A DNA stretch of 62,261 bases, filler included, from Sanchytrium tribonematis (Eukaryota): NCBI GenBank assembly GCA_018985235.1. It is 8 parts of 8 records of this genome, joined end to end, with 100 filler letters (N's around TTAATTAATTAA, not from the genome) between each part and the next. Parts side by side here need not be neighbours in the genome. Positions count along the whole stretch, not along the records: positions 46,834 to 54,498 come from JADGIG010000424.1; positions 54,599 to 62,261 come from JADGIG010000425.1; 6 more parts are not named here. One strand, given 5' to 3'. The translations under genes were made by a program, and so were the position numbers. The notes under the pieces were generated by a model, which saw only the letters and a list, made by a program, of their open reading frames with translations, searched no databases and was not told where the DNA came from. Positions 47,816 to 58,289 of this stretch are shown one piece after another (position 1 is the stretch's first letter; every line of letters starts with the position of its first letter).

Positions 47816-49147
47816 TTAAGCGCATCGATCTATTTGAATATCCTTTTTACCACTCATGATTTGCATGACTATGGTTGATGTAGAGACAATCATGGCTATT
47901 AGAGCAAATCCAATCATCAATTTGTTGCTCAATCCCCTTGTTTTAGTGGCTTTTAAATGCAACATGGGCGGATAAATGAATGTTAATGGGATACAAATGA
48001 ATGCACCGACTAATCCAACGAATAAATCAAGGACATTACTGAATAAATACGCAATGAAGCAAGTAATTGCCATGATAATGATGCGCATTAAAGATCTCTT
48101 CAATTCGGTGGATTTGCTGGATTTATGGCCTAGAGCGGGATTTGGGAACCAATTGGCTTCGAATATTTCAAATGCTGGGTACATTTGAAGTGGAACAGAG
48201 ACAGTAATGGCAAATACGTATCCAATTTGCAATAAATATAATACGATATTGGCTGGCATATTCAATAGAATAATGGTTTCTGTGTGTGATCCAAATGCCA
48301 ATGCACTCATACCACCAATGACTGTGTATAACAGAAACATGATGACGAGGGCAATGGTGATTAAACGAGGAATGGCATTTGGCGTGGCCATGGCTTGACG
48401 GATGGGAATGAGTAATCCAATACCAGAATAAGCCATGATGGAGATATTAAATATCATAATGACACCAGAGAAATCTGTAAAGGGTCTAAACTCAATTTGA
48501 TTTGCAGAAGTGAGTTTGATTAAATCATTGTAAAAGATGTATGCAATGGCAGCCAATGCAGCCACATTCCCGGCTAATGCAAAGATAGACAGACTTTTCA
48601 TATTTCTCATTAATATCATTGGAATAAATACGAATAATTCCCCTAAAATAATCCATCCGACTTCATCAATTTTCACGGTACATCCACTCAATGTAGAAGT
48701 TAAATCTTTGATATTACTGCTTATAAATAGAATATAAGTCATTGAAAAGCATAATTGACCAATGGCAATACTCCCCAACACCAATCTGTAGATATTCTGG
48801 CCATACAACTCTTTTGCGATTTCTTGATAACTACCTGGAATAACAGCAGCTGCTTTGACCAAATAAACACCTGCTACAGTACTAATAACTGCTGAGAATG
48901 CAATCATGGCTACAGATGGAAATAATCCACCTACATAGAATGCTTTAGGTAAGAAAATGATGCCAGTACCTAAGAATGCTTTGATTAATAGAAACATGGA
49001 CCTGGCATTAGATGTGCCACCCATATCATCAACTGGAAAGTCTTTCTTCATGTTGTCTCCGAAAGGGGCTATCGATTTTATTTTGATTGTTGCAAAATGC
49101 AGATCCCGAGCACAATCAGGTACAATCTGTTTCAAATGAGTGTACAA
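47816..49147 (-). CDS. AVT3/4-like (Aa_trans) amino-acid transporter
   Basis: FLLIKAFLGTGIIFLPKAF..GGL; about 11 TM; PLQMYPA; VGLVGAFICIPL.FIYPP.LH. Confidence 0.92.
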   Translation of the reverse strand: MYTHLKQIVPDCARDLHFATIKIKSIAPFGDNMKKDFPVDDMGGTSNARSMFLLIKAFLGTGIIFLPKAFYVGGLFPSVAMIAFSAVISTVAGVYLVKAAAVIPGSYQEIAKELYGQNIYRLVLGSIAIGQLCFSMTYILFISSNIKDLTSTLSGCTVKIDEVGWIILGELFVFIPMILMRNMKSLSIFALAGNVAALAAIAYIFYNDLIKLTSANQIEFRPFTDFSGVIMIFNISIMAYSGIGLLIPIRQAMATPNAIPRLITIALVIMFLLYTVIGGMSALAFGSHTETIILLNMPANIVLYLLQIGYVFAITVSVPLQMYPAFEIFEANWFPNPALGHKSSKSTELKRSLMRIIIMAITCFIAYLFSNVLDLFVGLVGAFICIPLTFIYPPMLHLKATKTRGLSNKLMIGFALIAMIVSTSTIVMQIMSGKKDIQIDRCA

Positions 49148-49284
49148 CGATTTTACGATTTCACGAGCACGTACGTGGTCATAATTGAAATAAAAGTGAT
49201 ATTCGAGTATTTAGTACCCTTTTTTTACCTAGTAAATAGTTAACTGGCTAACCCATAAAAAATTATGTTTTTATTAAGCCAAAA

Positions 49285-49734
49285 TTAAAATACCGCCTGA
49301 TCCTGGGGTCTGGACCATGATACCCAAGACTTGCCACTTTTATCATGTAAATTTTTTTGATTATGTAACTCATATTCAGGTATTTCAAGTAATTCGTACA
49401 ATTCTCTCAGTTTGTCAACAACCTGTTCTTCTTTATGTGAAATGTTTTTGTCCCGTACTAATTGTAAAGCCTCCACTAGAATCTGATAATATTGATCTAA
49501 AAAGGAAGGAAATAATATATAATTATCGTGCAGCCACAACAATACGTTAAATGTTCTAACTAATATATTATCTATAGTATCATCTCTCATATTGAGTAGA
49601 ATCAGCATTTCATCGCATATTGATTCCATTTGAAACGGACACTTACTGATTTGCTGATGAAGCTCTGTTACGAAAGGATTATGCTTTAGGTTTTTCATCA
49701 TTGGTATAGAAAGTAGTAAATGGATCAACAACAT
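49285..49734 (-). CDS. Small putative secreted protein
   Basis: Short hydrophobic N-terminus MLLIHLLLS. Confidence 0.55.
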   Translation of the reverse strand: MLLIHLLLSIPMMKNLKHNPFVTELHQQISKCPFQMESICDEMLILLNMRDDTIDNILVRTFNVLLWLHDNYILFPSFLDQYYQILVEALQLVRDKNISHKEEQVVDKLRELYELLEIPEYELHNQKNLHDKSGKSWVSWSRPQDQAVF

Positions 49735-50383
49735 GTTTTAAAATGGCAATTCGATTCCAAATTTCACCCTACGACGCATGACCACAATGTGATTTCAATT
49801 TTGCCCCACGTGATGCAAAAATGACATCATCTCATTTCGCCATTTTCAAACACCCATCTGCACTCAAATTAGACCCATTAGAGTCATAAAATAGTATTTA
49901 TTGAAATACATTACTTGATGGATGATTTATTTGGAAATTGACAAAGTATTTTGAGCAATTTGATCCAGTGCGTTTTGAATGTCAATCGGGTTTGGAGTGA
50001 TGCTATTAAATGCCTTCATCAAGCTATTCATTGAAATTGCCTTTAATTGTTGCTGAAATCAATGACATCTAAGTCATCTTCATTCAATCTCGCATACAAA
50101 TCACAGGCATCAAGTCTCTTATTGACACAGATGTCATCATGTAACATCAATAATAAATTCTCTTCAATTTATTGAGATGCTACTAAATTTGGAGATAAAA
50201 TTGCGACTATTTCTTTTTGCAAAATAATGCAACTCCAAATGATGTCATGTGAATGCCATTTGGATCAACTTGATTGGTAGGAAGTCATCATGTGAGAGTT
50301 CTTCCAAAGATCATTCAAATCATTGTACAATGAAATTCATTGCTATTGCACTATATGTTATTGTTGTTAGTATATTTATTGTA

Positions 50384-50827
50384 TTATACTACTTCCATTG
50401 GAAACATTGGCTCCTTATTTCCAAAATTAAAATAATTCGTATGAGATGTATCCGTCTCCAAATCCCTGATACTACTATATAATGATAATAATGAGTGCCA
50501 TAGATTGTTCAAATCTTGGCCACTTAAAGATAGTAGCTTCTCTGAAACTGTGATCAATAAATTATGGATTTTTAAATGCAAATTCTGGCTCTTAACAACT
50601 TCCAATTTACGGCAAATAGATCCAGCAGTAGTTATGACATGACTTTGTAAGTTCCAAAGCGGAAGTTCAGGTTTGCTATCAGCATTTCTATTTTTAGTTA
50701 TATCAGACACATCTCGACACAGCTCCCTGTTCTCCTCAATCAACGTATTCAAATTAACTTTTTCATTTGGATATCCAATAATTGCCATTGCATTCAACAT
50801 AATCAGAAATAGTAAGTTCATTTGCAA
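50384..50827 (-). CDS. Small putative secreted protein
   Basis: MNLLFLIMLNA signal-like start. Confidence 0.55.
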   Translation of the reverse strand: MQMNLLFLIMLNAMAIIGYPNEKVNLNTLIEENRELCRDVSDITKNRNADSKPELPLWNLQSHVITTAGSICRKLEVVKSQNLHLKIHNLLITVSEKLLSLSGQDLNNLWHSLLSLYSSIRDLETDTSHTNYFNFGNKEPMFPMEVV

Positions 50828-50953
50828 TTTGATCTGTTTGACCCAATCTCCTAAAATGTCACCTCCTCCCTGCTTTGTACTCTATTGTACAACATGATGT
50901 TTTAGACCATCGATCGACGATCTAGATCCATCTGACAAATAAAAATCATAAAT

Positions 50954-51523
50954 TTATTCTTCAAATTTGAATATTTCATTATTTGTATCGCAATTTAATA
51001 AATGCATCACATTTCTCAATTGAACCATTTGTGCTTCCATGGTTTGATTTGTCAAATCTGTCATTTTGAATACTACTATAATTGCTAGTGTACTTTTTAA
51101 ACGTGATATTTCAATGTAGATTCGTTTTAATATTTTAATATTACTTATATTTACAGTGCTACCATGCACATCAAGACATAATTGACGTATGACCTCAATT
51201 TTAGAGTATTTCAATCCTTTTAAAGATTCCAGTATGTCATTACATTTAATAGTGATTATATTTTCCATAAAATACAAAACTTGTGATATTACATTTTCTA
51301 AATCGTTACGGATACCAGCCCATTCGTATTTCCATTGAGCCAAACTATGTTGTTTCATTAATTGATTATATTGTTGAATGACTTTACGCATTTGCTGATA
51401 TTTTTCAAGTCCATCAAATATTTGACGCGCTTGCACCAGATCATTCTCTATTTGATCGGGTTGATATTTGGGATGCATTTGCTGACACAGCAGTCCAACT
51501 GCCATCAAATACATGAAATGCAT
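50954..51523 (-). CDS. Small putative secreted helical protein
   Basis: MYLMAVGLLC signal-like start. Confidence 0.55.
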   Translation of the reverse strand: MHFMYLMAVGLLCQQMHPKYQPDQIENDLVQARQIFDGLEKYQQMRKVIQQYNQLMKQHSLAQWKYEWAGIRNDLENVISQVLYFMENIITIKCNDILESLKGLKYSKIEVIRQLCLDVHGSTVNISNIKILKRIYIEISRLKSTLAIIVVFKMTDLTNQTMEAQMVQLRNVMHLLNCDTNNEIFKFEE

Positions 51524-51555
51524 CTCAGTTTGACCCTCTTAAAAATCAAATGTTT

Positions 51556-52438
51556 TTATTGACCCACTTCCCCTTCTTGCATTTGAGCAGCCAATCCCTC
51601 TAATTTACTCAATTTCTCAGTTCTATATTGTTCATACAATATTTCTTGAGTAATTTCTTTTAAATCTGTCATGTGTGAACTCAATAATGCATATTTTAAT
51701 CGGACAAAATCAGTATGCTCCAAATTATCAATATGGACTGTTCCCCATGCATATTCACGCTTATTATCAATAGAGGATGTCACAGCAAATGGCAATAGGT
51801 CCTAAATGAGTCTAATATACCCGCAATTCCTTGTTTTCACCCACGGTATCTTCATCATCTTGGTGATGGTCATATGGGAAATTGAAAATGGGAATATCAA
51901 AATATTCAATATCTGCAATACATCTTTTTTTTAATACAACCATTTCTTCATTGGTTAATGAATCACTTTTCGCAATCACTGGAATAATGTTAATGCGATG
52001 TCCTAATAATTTCATAAATTGGATATCCATTTCATGCAATCCATGGCCTGGTGATATGAAATATAAGCATACATGGACTCGATTATCTACGAATTTCGGA
52101 TTTCTCTTGATTCTAGACTCTTCTGCCAAGAAATCATCATATTGTTTTTCAATAAATTGAATCACAGTCTCAAATTGAGAGGTATTGTCAATGGCATCAC
52201 CATATCCAGGTGTATCAATCACACTTAGGGATATTTTAAGACCATCTTCTTCAATTTCAGTGTGATAGGGGATGATTTCCATGGTGGGTTGTAATTGGTG
52301 ATTTCTATCGATGCAGTGGGCACCTAATGAATTAACAAATGTAGATTTACCTAATCCGGATCTACCTGCTACGATCATGTTGAATTGGAATACTTTACGG
52401 GCATTTCTACGAGATCGTAAATCAGCAGTCGTGGCCAT
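51556..52438 (-). CDS. Septin; exons 52438-51821 and 51801-51556
   Basis: GRSGLGKST, DTPGYGD, DNRVHVCLYFI, IAKSD; spliced ELR|DLLPFAV; REYAWG, HTDF. Confidence 0.96.
51802..51820 (-). other. 19-nt spliceosomal intron
   Basis: gtatattagactcatttag; removal restores the septin LPFAV motif. Confidence 0.92.
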
Positions 52439-52470
52439 TTGTTTCAAAAAATATTGAAAATGATTTTTAT

Positions 52471-52987
52471 TCAATATTCAATTCTTGCATTGTGTTCAAA
52501 AATTTTCTTTAGTTTTTTATCACCGAGAATAATTCGGGTAGCTTCATTAATACTTTGCTGATCACTGCTATCCATGGCACTGCTTAATTCTACCCATCCA
52601 TGAAAATCGAATTTTGCTAAAAAATATGGAAAGTCTTTTATCAATTCTGACAAACGCTCAATCACAGTACAAAAGAAACTTTTCGTCTCTTGGCACTGTA
52701 GATTGATGCGCTCAAGTGGATGTACAGAACCCTCGAACGCCTGATTTACAAAATCGTTTAAAGCTACCGCTTCAGGATCCTTTAAACCTAGGTCTTGTGA
52801 GCTGATTGTAGGTAATTTCATGATGTGTTCACAGAATGCATATGAAATGCTAGTATAAAGAACTTCCACATTCCCATGAATTTCAACATCATCCCGGCAG
52901 AAATCTCTCAATCCATCTTCATCCAATTGCACTTCTCTTTTATGAATGGCACGAATGGCAAACAATAAGCAGAATACAATCAACATG
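52471..52987 (-). CDS. Secreted 4-Cys family protein, paralog 1
   Basis: MLIVFCLLFA signal, IHKR site, and the HPL..I..QC / F..FL......W..L motifs shared with the next two genes. Confidence 0.7.
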
Positions 52988-53201
52988 ATGGGGTCATTCT
53001 GTATTCCATTTTTATACTTCCCCTTGATCAAATGATTGGATCATGTATATTTTGTGTGCATCACATGTGATCACAAATATTACAATGAATCACAAATGAT
53101 AAATGCGTGATTTTGAATGACTTTATGAACAGACACCTGTGAATCCCAAATTCTCCAACTTTTTTATATGATTCAAATTTATTCACACATTCCTTACATC
53201 T

Positions 53202-53741
53202 TTACCATTTGCGACTATTTGTATTCGAATGTGCAACTCTTCTCTTGTTTATATATTGATCCATGTTGTTTAGAATATGATTAATTTTCTCATTTTCATA
53301 ATCATTTTCATGATAATATTGCAACTTTTTCCAAGTATTATATTCTAAAGATACTAAAAAATACAAAAAATCCAATCTTTCATCTGCCATATCAGTGATA
53401 CGCTCACACAATTTGATGAATTGTGATGATTCATCTTCAATGTCAACAGATTGCAAACATTTCTCATGAATCTTGATTAGTGGATATTCTGATTTCATTT
53501 CAGTCAATTGGTTGATGGAGTGGATCACATTATCTGGAATAGTGACTCGTACATCAGTCATTATTGTTGCAATATCACATAACCCTCTACCCACATGATT
53601 AATATTTACTATTGTGTTGTGCTGATGAGCGTAATCAGGATCTGTCTCAATACAATAATCATGAATTTGTCCCAATTGAATCAATTCTTTTGCAAATAAC
53701 AGACTGTTGAAAATCATGATGAAGAAAGTATTTGGATTCAA
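53202..53741 (-). CDS. Secreted 4-Cys family protein, paralog 2
   Basis: MIFNSLLFA signal; YPLIKIHEKC; DFLYFL..L....W..L. Confidence 0.7.
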   Translation of the reverse strand: MNPNTFFIMIFNSLLFAKELIQLGQIHDYCIETDPDYAHQHNTIVNINHVGRGLCDIATIMTDVRVTIPDNVIHSINQLTEMKSEYPLIKIHEKCLQSVDIEDESSQFIKLCERITDMADERLDFLYFLVSLEYNTWKKLQYYHENDYENEKINHILNNMDQYINKRRVAHSNTNSRKW

Positions 53742-53829
53742 TTTATAGAAATATTACAAGTTGATTGTGGTTAGTTTCGTCATTTTGCATCAGTCATTAG
53801 ATTCTCTCGTCAACTTATTATAATTATAT

Positions 53830-54420
53830 TTATTCCATTTTAAGATTATTGATTGCTAACTTTCCATCATTTAATTTTTTCAAGTATTGATCAACTTGAT
53901 TCAATGCCTCAATGGATGATTGGAATGCATCATTCAGATTACTCCATTGTGCTGCATTCAAAAAAGTTAAGAAAGAATGAAAATTTTCCTCTTTACTCTT
54001 ACTAGCTTTTATGACAAATCTGCACAATCCAGTCACTCGTTTATCAGATTGCGCTTTTTCAGTCTTGGTCCGAAAAAAGCATTGTTTATAAATGAGATTT
54101 AGAGGATGGTTCTCTTTCAATAATACCAAGTTATTGATCGATTTGATTATCTTTTCATTTGATATCTTGTACAAACTACTTTCTTCCATAATGGCATGAT
54201 TGCAAAATTGATCGTAAACATGACCTCCCCACAAAAGTTTGAAACCAGTTTCACCTTCCTCAGTTTCACCTTCTTCCTTGATACACATTTCTTCTAATGC
54301 TTCAAAATCTATTCCATTTCGAATGCCAGTTCTATGAGATGCACTTGTATCTCTTGCCTGTATAACTTTATCCCGCTTTTCAATGACAGCAGCAAATAAT
54401 CCTAATAATACCAACAACAT
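53830..54420 (-). CDS. Secreted 4-Cys family protein, paralog 3
   Basis: MLLVLLGLFA signal, IEKR site; HPLNLIYKQC; NFHSFL..L....W..L. Confidence 0.7.
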   Translation of the reverse strand: MLLVLLGLFAAVIEKRDKVIQARDTSASHRTGIRNGIDFEALEEMCIKEEGETEEGETGFKLLWGGHVYDQFCNHAIMEESSLYKISNEKIIKSINNLVLLKENHPLNLIYKQCFFRTKTEKAQSDKRVTGLCRFVIKASKSKEENFHSFLTFLNAAQWSNLNDAFQSSIEALNQVDQYLKKLNDGKLAINNLKME

Positions 54421-54498
54421 GATCAGACTGACTCTGTACGCTTTTTAAATACTCCTATAATTCATTCATTGAATCAAATTTACCGTCAATGTCAAGAA

Positions 54499-54598
54499 NN
54501 NNNNNNNNNNNNNNNNNNNNNNNNNNNNNNNNNNNNNNNNNNTTAATTAATTAANNNNNNNNNNNNNNNNNNNNNNNNNNNNNNNNNNNNNNNNNNNN
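54499..54598. other. Artificial contig spacer
   Basis: 100-nt N/TTAATTAATTAA linker. Confidence 0.98.
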
Positions 54599-54839
54599 GA
54601 ATTATTGGATGTCGAATAGCACAGCCATATTTATATCTTACGAATGATGGATGGTGCTTGAGGGTTGTGATGGGTGTAGCATAGACTAATCCGGATGCGG
54701 ATCTGTTGCGTGGACCATTGATTTTTGATACTTTATGAAAATCAGTCATTTCTTGAATAATATTTTCTTGAATGGCTCGATTGTCCTCTTTCGTTGGTAC
54801 TCGAGTCTTAGCACTTTGAGCTGTCATCCCAAGGGGCAT
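54599..54839 (-). CDS. 5' end of a hypothetical protein (runs into the gap)
   Basis: ATG at 54839; frame open to the contig edge. Confidence 0.4.
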
Positions 54840-55052
54840 CCAAAATTAAAAATATTTTTTGTTACAGTCACATGACAAGATTGGAACGAATGAAGCACGG
54901 TCAAATCCGATGGGCAGACAAATGATTTAATATGAATAATATTGAATAAAAAATGGATTCAAGTTCATAAATTGACATGCAGACATCGTCAAAATATTCA
55001 ACATGTGCTTCAAAGCATGTCTCACTTGGGTAGGCCAAAAGTTTCAAGTAAA

Positions 55053-57054
55053 ATGAAATCAAAATGTATTTTGTTATTTTATTTCTTACTAATCACGCTT
55101 ATATCTGGGTATTACACTGTTTCACCAGATTGTCCGACCATGATGAACTTTCTAAGAGGTTTGAATGTACATATAACAGAGCCTCAATTATTTGATAGTG
55201 TTCCAGAAGGATGCTGCAATTATTTATCCGGAAATGGATTTGGATACTTTAGAATCAGTTGTACACAAATCGGGGCAACCTGGTACGCTACTTCGTTAGA
55301 AATTGAAAAAATCAATCTGACTGGAGAAATTAAAAGTCAATATCTGCCATCGACGATGCGCTCTATTTATATCCAGAGTACGACATTAAACTGTGAAATA
55401 CCATCAGATCTACCAAATGGTATTCAGACTCTACAAATGGCTTTTAATCGATTAAAAGGTAAGATTCCTGACACACTCCCTTCTCAATTAATTCAATTAG
55501 ATTTGAGTTTTAATTTGCTGAGTGGTGCACCTGTTTCTCTACCAGAATCACTCACTTCAATTTATCTGCCAAACAACCGATTGACCAAAATGCCACCATT
55601 TCCGCCCAATCTTCAAAAAATGGATATTTCTGAAAATCTGATTTTTGACAAATTTCCAGATTCATTTTCATCAAGTATGACTCAACTATATGCAAATGGC
55701 AATCGTATTTATGGCTCAATTCCAAATCTGCCAGCAGTGTTGATGTACTTGTATCTTGATAATAACCAATTAAATGGCACTTTTCCAAATTTACCAAATT
55801 CTATTCAATCTTTTCAAATTTCCTTCAACAAATTAACAGGCAGTGCTCCACAAACATGGCCATCTAGTCTAACCTATCTAGATATTTCACACAATTTATT
55901 AACTGGAAGTTTACAGAATGTCGACACCACTTTCGCTTCAAGTCTTTCTTTTTCTTGGAATTTATTCACTGGAAATTTACCCAATTTCAAACAAAATAGC
56001 TACACAAGTGTAGATTTATCAAATAATCTACTTACTGGGGATGTTGATTTGGGTAATATAAGCATCTCTAACTTATATTTAAATTCAAACCCATTTAAAA
56101 AATTTCCTAAATCTTTGCCACAAAATATTGTTGTGTTGTATATGGGTAATATTCAATTGGGCGGCAACATTTCATCATATTTGATACCAAATACAGTTCA
56201 TTCCTTGGATTTATCCAGTAATTATTTAACAGGACAACTTCCAAGTTGGCAAAATCTTAATGATTTGAATGTTTCCAACAATTTATTGACTGGAAGTATT
56301 CCAAAATCACTGGGAACTGTCTATAATTTGGATCTGTCATATAATCAATTAAGTGGTTGTGTAAATTACACATTTACTGGAGCAATCGTAATCTTAAACG
56401 ATAACTTCTTAAGTGGCAATTTGACTTGTACGAGTCCCACAGTGTTGAACTTGCAGAATAATCTTTTAAATGATGTGACAATTCGAAGCGGCTCTCCTCT
56501 ACTGATTTGTGATTTGAGCAACAATCCAATGGCACCCGGAGTGTTTGGTAAAACATTCAAAAGCATTTGTAAAATCAATGATATTTATTCTAGCAACAGT
56601 ACTGATTGCGGTATAGTCCCATTCATTGCCAATTACACTAGGCAATTACCGATTAAAACGTCCAATCCCACGACTATCAAATTGACCACAGACTCTTTAA
56701 AGAGCACCAATACAATCACAAATGCATCCCAAGTAGCTGATGCACCTGTAGATGCTACTCAAATGACTCGTAATTCTATTTCATTTAGGCCCTAATCGCA
56801 TTTCTGTTGCAAATAATCCCCAAATGGATTCCACTTTATTTGCTTCTCAAATCATTTCCACCAAACAGCCCATTTCTACCAATATTTCACTTGCAAATAA
56901 TCATGAATGGCCATTACAGGCATTCAAAGTGGATTGGTCACTATCAATCACTCTCAGATTGTGTTTTAATGCCATGTTGAGTGGCATTATTGCTTCCAAA
57001 ACACCGTGGCGGATCCAAATGAAAAGAACAGCAGTGAGTGAATATACTGCTTAA
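55053..57054 (+). CDS. Apparently intact LRR receptor-like protein; exons 55053-56769 and 56789-57054
   Basis: Signal MKSKCILLFYFLLITLISG; SPDC...CC cap; many plant-type LxxLDLSxNxLTGxxP repeats; CDLSNNP cap; stalk; WSLSITLRLCFNAMLSGII anchor. Confidence 0.9.
56770..56788 (+). other. 19-nt spliceosomal intron
   Basis: gtaattctatttcatttag; joins ORF ..56795 to the 56824..57054 frame. Confidence 0.82.
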
Positions 57055-57077
57055 TACGAATAAGTAAATTGTATTTA

Positions 57078-58067
57078 TTAATCCATTTTAATATCCACTG
57101 CTTCATCTTGCAAATGCGCCCTCATTTGAAATTCCAAATATTCTCTATAAATATTATAATCATAACTCATCCAACAAACATCCAATGTATTCTTGTTAAA
57201 TAACTCCATCTCTTTCTTAATCAATGTCTGCGCAAATCCCTCATTTGGTCGAATAATGGGTCTCTTTTTAAAAGTGTGTTCAAATGCGTCTTTGAGTGAA
57301 TAACTCAAATATTTCATCATATAATACAATATAATCGTGCTAGATCGTGAGACACCCGCGTGGCAATGCACCAATGCATTTTTATTGTTGATTTGACATT
57401 GTTTCAAAATATACGATGTTTCATCAAAAATAGACTCGATATTTTCATGAGAAACATCTTCTAATTTGTATGAATGACAGACAGTGTCATGTTGCTCTAA
57501 AAAGAATCCAATTCGAATCACAACATCAATTTTATATTGTTTCATGTGTTCTGGAGTCGCACCTTCTTTTCCACTCAAGTAAATGTTATCGAGTATTTGG
57601 CGTGGGAAATCCTTGTATTGTGCTTTTAAAGGATACCAAACAGATTGAATCAAATTCTTTTGCAATTCTCGCAATTCTGTGATTTGTGGGACTGGGACAT
57701 TTGGCATATCAATTAAATGCTGGTAATTTAACAATATGTCATCGATGCCATTGACGATAAAACAACCTTGTTTATCTGTGTAATGGTCTACTAACATGGC
57801 CAATTGAGCTGCATTTCCATTAGATTGTCCATTTTCATCATAAAATATGAAATAATCGACAGAATTGGTTCTACAGTCAGATATAGCACTTAATAAATCA
57901 TTGATATCATGGGAATGCGTGGCATAATGGGATAAATGGGATCTTTGGATGGCACCTGTGATTTTCAACATGCTTAATGGGGATTGTACGTCAATTAAAA
58001 GACATTTTTGATATTGACGCGTAAACATTTCAGAGAATTCATGTGTAGAGAGTGCAGACATGTTCAA
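57078..58067 (-). CDS. Dual-specificity (MAPK-type) phosphatase with a rhodanese-like N-terminal domain
   Basis: LLIDV...I.GA and IFYDE rhodanese-like motifs; VHCHAGVSRS; RPIIRPNEGF. Confidence 0.9.
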   Translation of the reverse strand: MNMSALSTHEFSEMFTRQYQKCLLIDVQSPLSMLKITGAIQRSHLSHYATHSHDINDLLSAISDCRTNSVDYFIFYDENGQSNGNAAQLAMLVDHYTDKQGCFIVNGIDDILLNYQHLIDMPNVPVPQITELRELQKNLIQSVWYPLKAQYKDFPRQILDNIYLSGKEGATPEHMKQYKIDVVIRIGFFLEQHDTVCHSYKLEDVSHENIESIFDETSYILKQCQINNKNALVHCHAGVSRSSTIILYYMMKYLSYSLKDAFEHTFKKRPIIRPNEGFAQTLIKKEMELFNKNTLDVCWMSYDYNIYREYLEFQMRAHLQDEAVDIKMD

Positions 58068-58289
58068 AGAAGGGATCGATTGTTTTAAAATGGAGTGATG
58101 TCAAAGGAGAGTCACTTGATTGGTGTGCATCTCTTACAAATCATCACAATGGCGTACAGCGACGTACAGGTGCGACAGACCATTTAAGCGATTCAAAAGA
58201 GTATTATTCGAATGATTTATGAATGAATTATCTACATTATTGGCGATTCATGTGACATTGATGCCAATGAAGCTATAACACGTGATGAG

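Noticed and set aside
49900..50340. TGA-rich decayed ORF suggesting CpG-deamination or RIP-like mutation
   Set aside because: No homolog to align, and dinucleotide statistics were not computed.
7766..54598. Regularly spaced TTAATTAATTAA motif every ~7.8 kb
   Set aside because: Artificial linker inside N spacers. Contig lengths fall monotonically (7765 to 7663), so neighbours are not linked.
58170..58188. 19-nt GT-AG (gtgcgacagaccatttaag) upstream of the nuclease
   Set aside because: Lacks the GTA start and the A at position 14; splicing leads to a stop after 8 codons.
13650..58225. In-frame stops (13650, 19369, 22156, 28014, 58185, 58224) suggesting a reassigned genetic code as in some aphelids
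   Set aside because: Conserved housekeeping genes end at TAA/TAG with no internal stops. The stops are mixed TAA and TGA and confined to TEs and accessory genes, which fits decay.
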